Shown here: in pieces, positions 11,753 through 25,511 of the stretch
How positions within the stretch are numbered: the stretch's first letter is position 1
Layout of the letters: every line of letters begins with the position of its first letter
Assembly (NCBI GenBank): GCA_951406725.2
Contig: OX597827.1
Coordinates: 682,001 to 746,000 of the forward strand
Direction of reading: 5' to 3'
Length of the DNA stretch: 64,000 nt
Source of the DNA: Octopus vulgaris
Lineage: Eukaryota
Translations under genes and position numbers: made by a program
Notes under the pieces: generated by a model
Told to the model about the DNA's origin: nothing
The model's input: only the letters and a program-made list of their open reading frames with translations
Database searches by the model: none

Positions 11753-11818
11753 ATATCCCTCAATTCAATTTTAACATTTCAATACGGTGTTAAAATAAGT
11801 TAAAATGAGATAGATAGA

Positions 11819-11881
<63 letters not shown>

Positions 11882-12372
11882 TGGGAGAAAGAAAGTTAGA
11901 TACGAAAATGATGAATACAGCAGAGAAATATCAATACGTATATACACCCACACACATATATATGTATATGAATATACGTATGCTTATATTTATATATATG
12001 GATGTATGGATATTTGTATATGTATGTATGTATGTATTTGTATGGATATAAATACATATATAAGCATACGAACGAACGTGCATACGTATATGTATGTATA
12101 CACGCACACACGAACACCCACGCACGCACACACGCAGACATATCTTACAAACATAAGGACAGATATATATGTAAACGTGCATGCATACATATTCACATGC
12201 ACTGACGCACTCACACACTCACACTCACACTCGCACCCGCACCCGCACTCTCAACCACACCTGCACTCATCGCACCCGCTTTCATAGTAGTGGTGACGCG
12301 GTACCTTAAATATGGCGCTTTGGAAATGACGTGCTTTTTTTATTTCTGTTAACTAATTTACATATATCTACA

Positions 12373-12405
<33 letters not shown>

Positions 12406-12679
12406 GTACACACTCACAAGCACACACGCACAAGCACACGAACACGCAGTCGCGCACGAACATATCCAAAAATACATAGTACTCGATGCAGAGAGGCAGA
12501 GTAGTTTATTATCTATTGGTGAAAAAACGTTGGCTTATTGTGCAGGTTCTCATTACTTAAGCTGCCTCAGTTTTCAGACCCTATATACGACCATGCTTTA
12601 AGCCATTGGCTTGAGTCCATGCTGGGGCACTATTTTCTTAGGTTTAGTCGGTCATATTGATTTCAGAACTTATTTCAGG

Positions 12680-12835
12680 TTTAGCTGCGTAGTTAAGAAG
12701 CTCGGTTTACAATCATGCAGTTTCAAGTTCAGTCCTACTGCTAGGCGGTACCTTGGGCAAATGTCATCTACTGGACCGAGCAATGTCATGTGAGTAAGTT
12801 TCGTAGTCGGAAACTGTGTGGAAGCTCGTCATATA
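12680..12835 (+). mobile_element. SINE family A, 5' half (diverged)
   Basis: GTTCAGTCCTACTG...CCTTGGGCAAATGTC...CGGAAACTG aligns with the head of the 39956-40343 copy. Confidence 0.7.
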
Positions 12836-12837
12836 CA

Positions 12838-12911
<74 letters not shown>

Positions 12912-12937
12912 CTTATCTATCTGTCTGTCTGTGTATG

Positions 12938-13205
12938 AAGGCGTGTGGCTTAGTGGTAAGAGTATTCGGCTTAGGATCGTAGGGTCTTGTGTTCGATTCC
13001 CGGCGGAGCGTTGCGTCCTTGCGTAAGACTTTATTTCACGTTGCTCCAAACCATTCAGCTAGCAACAATGAATTGGACCTGAATTTCAAAGGGCCAGTCT
13101 TGTCATATTCTATATCACGCTGAATTTCTCTGAGAACTACATTAAGGGTACTCGTATCTATGGAGTTTTCACCTACTTGCTCGTTAATTCCACGAGCAAG
13201 CTGAT
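12938..13205 (+). mobile_element. tRNA-derived SINE family B
   Basis: A box TGGCTTAGTGG and B box GTTCGATTCC; body colinear with 25512-25830. Confidence 0.8.
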
Positions 13206-13214
13206 CGGGTCAAG

Positions 13215-13480
13215 GCAGCAGGATTCGGTTCCTTGCCATACCTTCGAAAAGAGTCAGAAATGGTTCTTGTAGAATTTCTACTTCACCTACCTATCTGGCT
13301 TCTTAATACCTCTGATTGTAAACCTATGTTGTGGTTGAGAAAGACACCGACCGCTCTGCTTAGAAGCCAGGGCCAAGTAGGTGTTCGAAGATCTTCCTAG
13401 GAACACAGAGAAACGCATGCACCAGGCTCTGGAGCTGCCTTTTGGCCGTGGTAGAAATTAAAGCCGGATACCTTGAGTAA
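13215..13480 (+). mobile_element. Tc1/mariner transposase C-terminal remnant
   Basis: QDSVPCHTFEKSQKWF, a degraded WPPNSPDCNP-like segment (WLLNTSDCKPM) and a terminal GYLE-stop. Confidence 0.65.
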
Positions 13481-13574
13481 GCTATTATCTCCTTGCCATA
13501 ATCTAGTTAACCATTTAAAATTTTTTAGAATACTTTTATTTTGAATGCAATATTGTGTTTTCCTTAACATCTAT

Positions 13575-13757
13575 GCAAACAGTCAAATTTAGCCATGCTG
13601 GAGCACTGCAATGAAGGGTTTCAGTTAAACAGATCGACACCTGTACTCATTTTTCGAATCTGGTGCTTATTCTATCGGTCTAACCATTGCGCAAAGTTAG
13701 CAACGCAAACTCACCTACACCGGTTGTCAAATGATGGCAGTGGGTGGCAAATATAAA

Positions 13758-13805
<48 letters not shown>

Positions 13806-13950
13806 TATTTATTTCCCACTAACAAAATTCCTTCTCAAGGCATTTGCCGGTCCAGGGCTATAGTAGAAGACACTTAACTAAGGTGTCGCGAAGTGGGACT
13901 GAACCTGACGTGGCTGCAAAGCGAGCTTCTTACCCACCCAACCGTGCCAG
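13575..13950 (-). mobile_element. SINE family A, degraded near full-length copy
   Basis: GCCATGCTGGAGCAC tail, internal (CA)n and GGCTATAGTAGAAGACAC...GTGGGACTGAACC head. Confidence 0.75.
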
Positions 13951-14376
13951 TCCCTATATCTATAGATGTATGGTTCGTTTACGGGGGAAAAGCGAGGGTG
14001 GATATCTTATCAATTAAAATTTTAAATTCTTTTCAGTTAATAAATCTCGCAAACCTCACGAACGTGACACAGGATGTAACCCAGGTATCCGTGGCGAGGC
14101 GGGGCTCCTGGGGTCTGAATTAAACCTGCCCCCCCCCCTCCATCCGTAATGTCTTCCGGTCTGTCCTACCATTCGATTTTATTATATTTTCTTATTTTTG
14201 TAAAATTTTTAATGTCATTTTTTTGTATAATCATTCGCTCATCTGACCCCAAAATCAGATTGTATTGTCCCCTCTTTGTTGGCCCCTTGTGGGTAATAAA
14301 AAAAAAATCAAGTTAATAAATCTCGCATGGATAGACCTTTTAGCTTACACGCACGCACGCACAACACACACAAATA

Positions 14377-14417
<41 letters not shown>

Positions 14418-14459
14418 GCACACACATATATACACGCATGCATATATATGTGTGTGTGT

Positions 14460-14670
14460 GTGTGTTTGTCTTTGTGTTTGTCCTTACCACCACCGCTTGA
14501 CAACCGGTGTTGGTTTCTTTACGGTCTCATAACTTAGCGATTTGATAAGAGACCGACAGAATATGTACTAGGCTTTAAAAAAGCTTACTTGTTATTTGTT
14601 TTACTAAATCCTTCAGTGCAGTGCCCTAGCATGGCCGCAGTCGAATGACTGAAACAAGTAAAAGATAAAA
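14460..14670 (+). mobile_element. SINE family A, 3' half
   Basis: CGCTTGACAACCGGTGTTGG...GTGCCCTAGCATGGCCGCAGTCGAATGACTGAAACAAGTAAAAG. Confidence 0.8.
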
Positions 14671-14936
14671 AAAAAGAAACAGATAGACGGAGAGAGGGAG
14701 AGAGAGAGGGAGAGAGAGAGGGAGAGAGGGAGAGAGGGAGAGAGAGAGAGAGAGAGAGAAAGAAAGAGAAAAACAGTGAGATATACATATATGTGCATAT
14801 GCTCATATGTATGTATATGCGCGCGGGTGTATGTGAGCGCTCGTGCGTGAATATTAATTTTCATTCATTAAATGTATACATATGAATAAATATGGTGTAG
14901 ATAGAATTTAGACCATTTTGGTCTAAAACACTTTTG

Positions 14937-15350
14937 GGATCTTTTCGGTTTGAATGGCAGTTTTTTCTAGCGGTGTCATATGAAATTGTCACCCATAATT
15001 ATGACCCTAGTATCGATCTATTGCATTTCAATCTGTTTTAGGGTTAGGAGTGGGAGGAAGGGTATCTTTTTTTTCTTCACAAATGTAAATAAACCCAATC
15101 TGTTTCTTAAACGAGGGACATATTCATATGGCACAGAATGTTTTTTACCTTAATAGACGTCAGTGATTGGTTGAAATTGCAGAAATTGAAGAAAAAACAA
15201 CAACAAATATCTTACAAACCATAGAATTTTCTCAAGAAAGCCAAGAGAAAATGACGTTTTATAAACACATTCTACCAGTATACGAAGTTTAAAAGTGTTT
15301 AGTTACGTGGAAATTATTTTAAAAAACTGCCGGTCAAACCGAAAAGATCC
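14937..15350. mobile_element. 414-bp MITE with 30-bp TIRs and an 8-bp TSD (possibly Merlin-type)
   Basis: TIR GGATCTTTTCGGTTTGAATGGCAGTTTTTT (14937-14966) versus 15321-15350 with 2 mismatches; TSD CACTTTTG at 14929-14936 and 15351-15358. Confidence 0.9.
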
Positions 15351-15809
15351 CACTTTTGCTCAGTAATACGTTGGTCTAATAATGCTTTGGGTTTACTGTT
15401 TAACGGAAGTATAACAACCCCCCCCCAAAAAAAAAACGTTTACTACAAAAGCTTCACATTAATATTGCTACCAACAGCTGTTTTATAACCCCCAGTTCTC
15501 TAGAATATAGGGTTGATATAAGAAGAGCTCACTTGAGATATAACTTAGCATTATTCCTGTAAAACAGAGAACCAATATTGAGCTGAGTAATTCTTTTTTG
15601 ACATTTGTTCTTCCATTTCCAAAGTATCCAAGACATAAATTAATAACTCCAGTCGCACGTCACTCAGCTTTAAAGATTTATATCACGGAGACTAACCTTG
15701 CCGAGTTTGTTTACATTGTGCTGTAACTACTTCCAGCCTCTTAACTCTTAATCCAGCCATTATACAGATCTTGTAATCTATCGCCCTACCCTTCTACGTA
15801 ACTACATTC

Positions 15810-15917
<108 letters not shown>

Positions 15918-15928
15918 TTGTCTGTCTG

Positions 15929-15991
<63 letters not shown>

Positions 15992-16000
15992 GTCTATCTA

Positions 16001-16031
<31 letters not shown>

Positions 16032-16118
16032 TTCGTCCGTCCGTTTATCTGCCTGTCTGTCTGTCTATACACACTCGCGTGCGCGAGTATACACACGAAC
16101 ACACAGAAATGTTTATAT

Positions 16119-16160
<42 letters not shown>

Positions 16161-16950
16161 TTCTGTATGTTTATCCATGGATGTATGTATGTGTGTGTGT
16201 GTATGTGTTTATGTATAACTAGTTCTACTGCCATCATTCTTCAAATATTCTTTTTTGATTAAGGAACAAGGTTTTGATTTTGATATTCTCGTTGCTGAAA
16301 CCAACACTGACGGATCTCTGACAATAAAAGTTAATTTTTTAGAAATTTTCATTTGTATGTCTTTGTGTGCACGTGAGAATATTCGTGTGCGTACATTTGT
16401 GTGTTTATGTTTATATGTGTGTGTGTGTGTGTAACTAATCATTACTATTGCTACGACCACCATCATCATCTCCACCAAGAACAGTACTACGTGCACCACC
16501 ACTGCCACCATCACCACCATCGCCGCCTCCGCAGCATCGCAGCTTCTGCTGCCGCCGCCGCCTCCACCACCGCCGCCACCGCCACCACCACCACCACCGC
16601 CACCACAACCGCCACCGCCACCATCGCCACCACCACCACCACTACCACCACCACCACTGCCGCCGCTACCCTTTCCCCACCGGCACCGTCTACATCATTA
16701 CTACAAATCTACAACCGCGCAACCAAAAACCAACACAATCGACACTCCCCCCCCCCCAACCTAGCAATGATGGTTTAATCCTAAAGCTTTCAGAAATGAC
16801 ACCAAAAGACATCAATCTATTGTCAGAAATTGGAAAGAATTTTCATAAATAAACCATCTTTTACATAAAATTTTGAAATGGAGATGAATTTTTGACATCT
16901 CACTTTTAAATCCATTCCTTATTTTCCGTTTAAAGTTTTCAGATTTCTTC

Positions 16951-17058
16951 TTATATTTCTTATATTTCTTATATTTCTTATATTTCTTATATTTCTTGTA
17001 TTTCTTATATTTCTTATATTTCTTATATTTCTTGTATTTCTTGTATTTCTTGTATTTC
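16951..17058. repeat. 9-bp tandem repeat (TTATATTTC/TTGTATTTC), about 12 copies
   Basis: Directly visible. Confidence 0.95.
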
Positions 17059-17303
17059 TCTTGAGCCTTGATTTCCTTTTTCTTTTTTTCTTTTTTTTTT
17101 TATGTGACAAAGTTTCTTCGTTGCCAACTTTTCTGCTTCCGCAGCAGGAATCTTCGATGGGGAACTGCAATGCGTGATTCTGTGTGTGTGTGTGTGTGTG
17201 CGCGCTTGATTGCATGTATGTATGCACATATTGTTTAACTACTACTGCTACTACTACTGTTGCTGCTTCTTCATACAGATATGTTTGTTTCTAAATGTGT
17301 GTG

Positions 17304-17404
<101 letters not shown>

Positions 17405-17547
17405 TAGTTAATTTGCCAACATACAGTGGCAGTCCTGAATAGGACTATGCTACTACTTTTTAACACCAGGAAAGCATCTTTTCCAGTTGGCTTATCGGTA
17501 CATGATCTTTGTCCGAGACATACTATAAGTAAGGGAGTATGTGTGTG

Positions 17548-17601
<54 letters not shown>

Positions 17602-17639
17602 TACTCAGACACACATACACACACATATATATAAAAGAT

Positions 17640-18050
17640 AAACGTTATCGATGAAATTGAACTGGTCGAAGAAAGTTGTCTTAAATGATGGCGACGTTTA
17701 ATGGATAATTCTTCTAAATACTGTTTACAATGTTCTGAAAAGATGATAGTCAGATGGTTTAAGGTCGGGAGAGTAAGGAATATGGGGTAAAACAACCATG
17801 TATGGTGCCATAATCTTTCCCTCAGTGATATGGACATCATATGGTCCTGCATTATAATATATGAGTAACACCCATTTACGACTGACCAATGATGCATACA
17901 TTTTCTGTAACTTTTTGTGCAATGCAATTGGTGCAATTCGTTCCAGTTGAGGGCAACATTTCTCCGCATGAGTTGTTCGTTTAACACTTCATTATAGACG
18001 ACACGCTCCATGCCTTACCAAACTCAGTGCGTAACATTTTTCGAGTGTAG
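17640..18050 (-). mobile_element. Mariner transposase remnant
   Basis: VLPHIPYSPDLKPSDYHLFRTL contains the mariner YSPDLAPxD motif; frameshifted. Confidence 0.85.
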
Positions 18051-18479
18051 TCCTGATTTGGGACAGAAAAAAAAAAAAACCGAACACCCAACACCATTAT
18101 TTTTAACATGTATATATAAATATATCCTTTGGTTCCATTAGTCTTTGATTTGTTTCAGTCATTTGACTGTGGCCATGCTGGAGCACCGCCTTGAAAGGTT
18201 TTATCTATCTATATAGATATGAAATAAAAGAGGATCTAGTATGACACATATTATTTACTACATATGCTTAGTGTATATGCTTTGTGTATTTTCCGGTGTA
18301 CATGGCGGAGTATGTACACCCGGCCCTTTGAGACTGTATGTACTCCACCACGCTATTGCAGCCACCAGAAAATACACAAGACATATATGTACACATATAT
18401 GTACATTAAGTAAAGTAGATCCTCTGACTTCAATGTACATGTTGTAGCGTTCCAGTCACCTCATGAAGGCCCCATGGAA

Positions 18480-19100
18480 GTTCTCCAAAGTGGAGACATC
18501 CAGGTCACTTGTCACAGCATCCTTTAACTTGGGGATCGACCATAAGTCACAGGAAGCAAGGTTCTGGAACTGTAGATAGGGCGAGGGACAGTTTTAGGGC
18601 CCATCTTTGATCAAGTAGTTAGTTACCATGATGGAAAATTGTGGACTTTTGCATTGTCCTGGTGCAGGTGCCACGACCTGAGTGGAAGAGCTCAGATCTT
18701 TTGAGAAAAAAATCTTTACCTGTACTACCTCAAACCCCCAACAAAGTACTCATTGTTGACCGTCTTGCCAGAGGGAACCCAGTGGATTTAGACAAGTGGT
18801 TCTCAAACTAGGGTCAGCGGTCCCATACTGTCGGAAAAGGGGATAACTATGAGCTTCATGGTGGACTTGCTTTGCCTAACTTTTTGTGCGAGTGAAAAAT
18901 AGATCCTCGATTCGTAAAACTTAATCCTTACGCAGTCTGGAGCAATTCCTAGGTTTATGTAACGTTTTTCTTCAGTTTAATAGAAGACTTTACTGCATAG
19001 CCTGATTCAAAATTGTCTTCACGTCCCGACTGCATTCTGCAAACTAGTCATCTGTGACAGGCCGTGTTTACTTGGCTGTGTCCAAAATGCTGTTACAGTC
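18480..19100 (-). mobile_element. Second mariner transposase remnant
   Basis: Minus-strand WHLHQDNAKVH (~18641-18674) and NLASCDLWSIPKLK (~18523-18570). Confidence 0.7.
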
Positions 19101-19519
19101 GTATCCTTCAATCTGGAATAATAATGATAATTAAAAAAAAAATGTTGGCAGGTTAGTTTATTAGATGTATGGTAATGATATAGCAAACTTACAATAATTT
19201 AGGACAGTTATAACTGCTTCTCTTTAAAATGTGTGTGTGTGTGTTTGTGTCTGTGTATGTGCGTGTATGTGTGGGTATGTATGTGTGTGTGTTTAGATAT
19301 TTTAAGGAGAATCAGTTATGACTGTCCTAACACACACACACACTTACATACACATACACATACACACACATATGATGTATATATGTACATGTACATGGAT
19401 TTCTGTATAAGTATATATTTATATACATATGTATGTATGTATGTATGTATATGTGTATGTATACGTATGTATAATATGTATATATATATTTATTTACACA
19501 CATATATATACATATATAC

Positions 19520-19617
<98 letters not shown>

Positions 19618-19912
19618 CAATATATATATATATATATATATATCTGGTGTAAATCAGATTAAGTTCCATAAAATAACTCCACCCTGTCCCCCGCTCCACC
19701 CTAACTTGCCATCGTTACATCCACCTCTAACCAATTGTTGAAACACAAATGAACCAAATCCAAATTATAAATTATTAATTCCATTCATTATTTCCGGCAT
19801 TCTAATCAAGTTGTATAATGTGTGTGTGTGTGTATCAGTATGTGTATATATGCATGTGCGTGTGTGTGTGTGAGAGAAAGAATGGCGCAAAAAATAACAT
19901 CAATCTACACAT

Positions 19913-19945
<33 letters not shown>

Positions 19946-20199
19946 ATATATTGTTTGTTATATTTATTTATTTGTGGTGTTTGTTTGTTTGTTGATATTG
20001 TTCTGCATTAGTTTCAAAGTCGATAATTTAATCAAGATGAATATATAATCACATCAGAAATGTGATATCAAACTGTCGGATTCTATAGCATTCTTCGGAT
20101 AGATTCATTGGACAAACTAGTTTAACTTGAATAGCAGTTTTGTTTACCAAAGAAATTCTATATGCACACTCAGTCACAAACACACACACTCACGAATAC

Positions 20200-20237
<38 letters not shown>

Positions 20238-20928
20238 GCGCGCATGCACACCACACACACAGAGGCACAGACGCACGCGCGCATGCATGTATGTATGTTT
20301 GTTTACATAACTGTACGCATACTTAAATACACACACACACACATACACGTTCGCACGCATACACACTCACACATACACACACACATATATTCATACATAC
20401 ATGCATACAATTATGCAAACAGAAACATACATACATTCTTGCGCGCGTGTGTGTGCGTGTGACTCTGTATGCGTGCGTGCATGTGTGTGTGAGCTTCTGT
20501 GTGTGCGTGCGTATGTATGTGTGTGCGTGTCAATATATTACTTCGACCTGCTAGAAATAATAACCAAATCTCCATTAAATCACGTCCTGTTGCCTTAAAG
20601 ACAGCTTGGACAATTACCAAAATGATAATAGAAGGATCTGACTAACCCCTATTATAGACAAACAAAAGAATGTTGCTTATTCGGAGAGTAAGTTATAGAA
20701 AAAGAGAAACTTGACGTGACAGAAGGAAAGTAGCTGCAGTCTCGAAACCAGCAATGCCAATTTTAGTGTAAATCAAGTGAAAAAGCAAACTCAATAGATA
20801 TGTTCATGATTGTTCCCCTGCGTAATATATTTGATGACAACAAGAAAGTGGTGAAGGGCATGAGTGGAACTCGTTTTGGTGCAATGTCTGTTCGAAAAAA
20901 CTTGGTGCCTATCAAGCAACAGCAACGG

Positions 20929-21115
20929 TGGAGGCGCAATGGCCCAGTGGTTAGGGCAGCGGGCTCTCGGTCGTAAGAACGCGGTTTCGATTCCCAGACC
21001 GGGCATTGTGAGTGTTTATTGAGCAAAAACACCTAAGCTCCACGAGGCTCCGGCGGTGGGGTGGGTGAATCCCGCTGTACTCTTTCACCACAACTTTCTC
21101 TCACTCTTTCTTCCT
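20929..21115 (+). mobile_element. tRNA-derived SINE family C, 3'-truncated
   Basis: A box TGGCCCAGTGG and B box GGTTTCGATTCC; colinear with the reverse complement of 22225-22405. Confidence 0.85.
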
Positions 21116-21864
21116 ACTTCTGTCACAAAGCAGAGGAACCATGGTGTAACCCACTATGGTGTGGTAAACTTTCAGACCCTAGTCTAGACTGCGAATCCTC
21201 TGTACCCCAGGATGGTTCAGCTCTCCACTCGTTAAAAGCCACCGTTTATGGAATGAGGATAACAACGTAGCTTTCGTGCCCGTGCAACCGCCAGTCCATC
21301 GCATGTGGTGGGTGGGTCTTCAAGTTGACACACGCATTCTTAGTAGCTTAGAGTAGGCTCGAATTAGAGATTATTCTTTGTGGCTAATGGCATGAGTCCT
21401 GATTGGAAGAAGAAGAAGAAGAAGAAGAAGAAGAAGAAGAAGAAGAAGAAGAAGAAGACAACAGCAACGATCATTGCAAGCATCACCACTACCACGACCA
21501 CGACCACCATTATGTGTATCACCATCACTGCAATACACCCACTACCACAATCACCATCATCACCACTACCACTACTACTACTACCACCTCCCCCAGCACC
21601 CTTCCATGACCGCCAGACTACTGTACTGGTACCTTGCACAAACTGTGTACATTGCACAGAGTAGTATGAATAATCTTGTATCGTTTATACTATAATGTAT
21701 ATTGCCTGTATTTCATTTAATTATTTAAGTAAATTTAATATTTGTTTAATTTAGAACATGTTGAGCAAGGTGACCACCTCTGCTTCAGGAAGATCAGTAA
21801 TCTGGAACGACTTTGGAACTAAAGGTTCCGGAAGATCGATGTTGTACATGGATAAGTACCTGTA

Positions 21865-22050
21865 AGGCAGAGAGCTAGCAGAATCGTTTGCACGTCGGAT
21901 AAAACACTTAGCGGTATTTGTTCCGGCTCTTCACGTTCTGAGTTCAAATTCCGCCGACATCAGCTTTGCTTTTCATGTTTTCGGTTTCAATAAAATAAAG
22001 TACGAATCAAATGCTGGGCTCGTTGTGATCGACTGAGTCTGTCTCCTCGA
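21865..22050 (+). mobile_element. SINE-like family D copy
   Basis: ACGTTCTGAGTTCAAATTCCGCCGA...CTTTGCTTTTCAT core shared with 43824-44056. Confidence 0.75.
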
Positions 22051-22102
22051 AAATACGAAAACAGCTGATCATGGACCTTGCAGCGAGCCATCTGAGGGAA
22101 TG

Positions 22103-22406
22103 CTGTTTGTTCTTTCTAGAGCCATGCCTGACTCACAAGGACCGGTTTTCCGGTTTCATTGGCGTATAGGTTCTCCACCTGGTCGGAACGCCGGTCCGTC
22201 GCAGGTGAGCTGTTAGATGCAGGAGGAAAGAGTGAGAGAAAATTGTGACGAAAGAGTCAGCAGAAGTTCGCCATTACCCTCTGCCGGAGCCGCGTGGAGC
22301 TTAGGTGTTTCACTCATAAACACACACAGCGCCCGGTCTGAGATTCGAACCCGCGATCCCTCGACCGTGAATCCGCTGCTCTAACCACTAAGCCATGTAC
22401 CTCCAC
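22103..22406 (-). mobile_element. Full-length tRNA-derived SINE family C with a 12-bp TSD
   Basis: Minus-strand A box TGGCTTAGTGG and B box GGTTCGAATCT; TSD TCTGAGGGAATG at 22091-22102 and 22407-22418. Confidence 0.9.
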
Positions 22407-22689
22407 TCTGAGGGAATGTGATGTGGATCAATTATACGCCATGGAAACCATGGACTGGCCTTATAAGTTTTAGGGCTCAAGAAAAATAAATAAATACTCT
22501 AATGTTATTTGATTTGGTTTACATATCATGAAGGCGGACTTCTATCGAGTCTAATTCCTTATCAATGCTGTCCGCGGTGCACTACCACACCAGAAACATG
22601 TTCGCACTGCTCTGAAAAGAAAAACATGATTAGAACGTCAATTGAGTTACGCAAATATCGCTATCACCGATGTTTTTTTCCAGCTATTC

Positions 22690-22920
22690 AAGGCTGCTGC
22701 TGACAGGACAGACGAATGAACACCACCAACTCCCTAAAGAAGTCAACAACCTTCGTCAAACCTGCCGAGAAAACCCTGTTTTCAAATCAAATTCAAAGAC
22801 CAGCCTTATCTGTAGCGGTCTCTGACTGGCAGTTGTAGGTGGATCTAGGTGAGCAGCTGAAGTGTCCACAGCAAACCGTACCAACATCGCCATCGTCAGG
22901 CATGGTCATCACATTTAAAA
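22690..22920 (+). mobile_element. HERO-like (RLE) non-LTR retrotransposon C-terminal remnant
   Basis: TTFVKPAE and DWQL*VDLGEQLKCP resemble the region just before the PD motif of HERO-type endonucleases. Confidence 0.55.
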
Positions 22921-23144
22921 CGACAAAACTACTGACCATACTGGAATTTAGAGTGCCCTAGGAAGAGAGTATTGATGAAGACAAGAAGATGGGAAAATGC
23001 TAACAGGAACTGCATGTTTGTTTGTATTATGTGTGTGTGTGTATGTATGTATGTATGTATGTATATGTATTGTTTGTATGTGCATCTTACTCTCTCTCCC
23101 TCTCGCTCTCTCTGAGCACACACATACACACACGCACGCACACA

Positions 23145-23204
<60 letters not shown>

Positions 23205-23210
<6 letters not shown>

Positions 23211-23327
23211 ACAAGTTTCTTTTAGTTTCCATTTAACAAATCCACTCACAAAGCTTTGGTCGACCCAGAACTATAGTACAAGACAATTGCTGAAGGTGCC
23301 ACGCAGTGGGACTGAACCCGGAACCAT
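23205..23327 (-). mobile_element. SINE family A, part of the 5' half
   Basis: AAATCCACTCACAAAGCTTTGGTCGACC...GGTGCCACGCAGTGGGACTGAACCCGGAACCAT. Confidence 0.8.
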
Positions 23328-23372
23328 AGCAATCAAAGCATGAGTATATATATACATACATACGTACATACA

Positions 23373-24405
23373 TTGCCTTTGAATGTCGTATCCTATCCCT
23401 TCGGCAGTCGAAGTTTCATATCCCTTGACCAAGTTTGCATACAGGAGGCTGATAACGTCATGAGACTTGGAAAGAAGCTACCTGAGCAGCCTTCCTTGTC
23501 TGATAATCTTAAGCCCAAAGAAGTCGCACGACTCCACCGCAACGTATCACCGGATGAAAGGACGAGCGTATATCAGCAGAAGACCGTGCATGGATATGTT
23601 AGTAGAAAGCTCCGGAATGATTGTAACATTGATCATCAAAGCAGTCTATCATGGACCAACAACTAGATTACTAAATCCCACTTTGAAGGATATGCGTTTG
23701 CAATTCAGGAACAAGAAATATCTACCAAATACATGATGCACAAAAGGTACAAATACGCAGAAAAAGCAGCAAAAGATGATAACCGATTCAGACGTTTTGG
23801 AATGAACACCGAAGATATCACCCACATCATAAGCAGTTGACCGAAAATGTCATCGCGGTATTATCTACCGATGCGACATGATGTTGTAGCTAAGACACTA
23901 TATAATGAGATCCATCGGAAGGATAATCCCGACGACAATAAGAACCTACAGTATGGTAGAAGCCATAGCCACACATAATAAAAAGGAGTATCAGTGGAAT
24001 GTCCCAGTGTAAACTTCAATAAAATGTGAAGATAAAATACCTGACAGCAATTTGGGATAAAGCAGAGAAACTGTGTACAGTTGTGGAAATCAGCTGCCCT
24101 GCTGATGTTAACATAAAGCTAGAGATCAGCGAAAAAAGAAAATACCTATGCTGAACTACTGAGGAATCTGCAGATACTCTATCCAGATTATAAGTACGGA
24201 TTTATACCTGTAATTATTCGGACACTGGAATACGTAACACACTACCTAAATACCAATCTTGAGAAATTAGGCTTTTCAAAATTAGAAAGCAGAAGGCTGA
24301 TTCGTGGACAAAAGATCCAAGCCATCATTGGGACTGTAGCTTTGGTTACAAACAGACTCTTTCTCTCTTGGCATGAAATCTTGAAGTAAAACTGAATAAT
24401 GATAT
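23373..24405 (+). mobile_element. 5'-truncated R4/Dong-type (RLE) non-LTR retrotransposon, decayed
   Basis: VHGYV...FEGYAFAIQEQEISTK...EDITHIISS*PKM...RHDVVAK...VVEISCP (degraded CCHC plus RLE), followed by a 3' end AAAACTGAATAATGA. Confidence 0.85.
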
Positions 24406-24407
24406 AT

Positions 24408-24722
24408 TTACATAAAATGGTAAAGAGCCACTTCGATCGTGAATGACCATGAGATTACACCTAGAAAGTTAGACTCCGAAGCACAAGACCGGGCAAGGTT
24501 GTTATTTATTGAAGAGCAGCAGTCGCCTAGGCACGCCAAACTCCCCTCTCCATGGCCCCGATATTTTTCAAGGGAGAGGCAAAGGGGCCGATACAGCTTG
24601 GCACCAGTGACGTCGAAACTCATTTCTACAGCTGAGTGAATTGGAGCAATTCACTCAGTCCGGGAATCGAACTCACTACCTCCTGATTGTGAGCCCGACG
24701 CTCTAACCACTGAGCCATACAC
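24408..24722 (-). mobile_element. tRNA-derived SINE (head related to family B, different tail)
   Basis: Minus-strand TGGCTCAGTGGTTAGAGCG...AGTTCGATTCCC, then TTGCTCCAATTCACTCAGCTG. Confidence 0.75.
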
Positions 24723-25511
24723 TTTCACATATACATACATGCATGCATACATACATACATATATACATTCATAAATACATATATGTATATATACACACAT
24801 ACATACATACATACATACATAAATGCATGCATACATAAATACATACATACCTACATACCTACCTTCTTACCTACCTAGTTACCAACATACATACATATAC
24901 ACATACATGCATACATACATACACACATACATACATACATATATGTATGCATACGTATAAATTCATGTCTGTGTGTGTTTAGTTCTATCGATAGAATCCC
25001 TGACAGCCTCACTTCCTTCTCCGAACCCCTCTTACACAAATTCCTCATCCACCAATAACAGAACGGAAACCTATAATCTATAGGCGTGCCTCTCCCACCA
25101 CTACCCACTGCCTTCTCTACTCCTCCTACCATCTCCAACACCCCCTCCCACTTACCGTTCTGTCGAAATCATTGATTCAGCAACAACATTTGAGATGTTT
25201 CTTCAGTTTGCAATCAAATATGTCATTTTCATTCGTTAGCCGCCGCATCCTCCTCCTCCTCCTCCTCCTCTTCTTCTTCTTCTTCTTCTTCTTCTTCTTC
25301 TTCTTCTTCTTCTTCTTCTTCTTCTTCTTCCTCCTCCTCCTCTTCCTTCCCTAAATCCCCCCCTCCCTTCATAATTTTTATCTGATTCACTAAAGAAGTG
25401 TTGTTATTTAGCCCAAGGTCAGCCAAGGACGGAGCAAACCGTTAAGTAAAATGTCTTCCAAACGCAATCATCTCCTTCCTTCCTTTCGTCTGTTATTATG
25501 TTGATCAAAAA

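Noticed and set aside
20929-21003. tRNA gene calls for A/B-box sequences (also at 12938, 22335, 24655 and 25512)
   Set aside because: They continue into shared SINE bodies, and I could not fold a complete cloverleaf.
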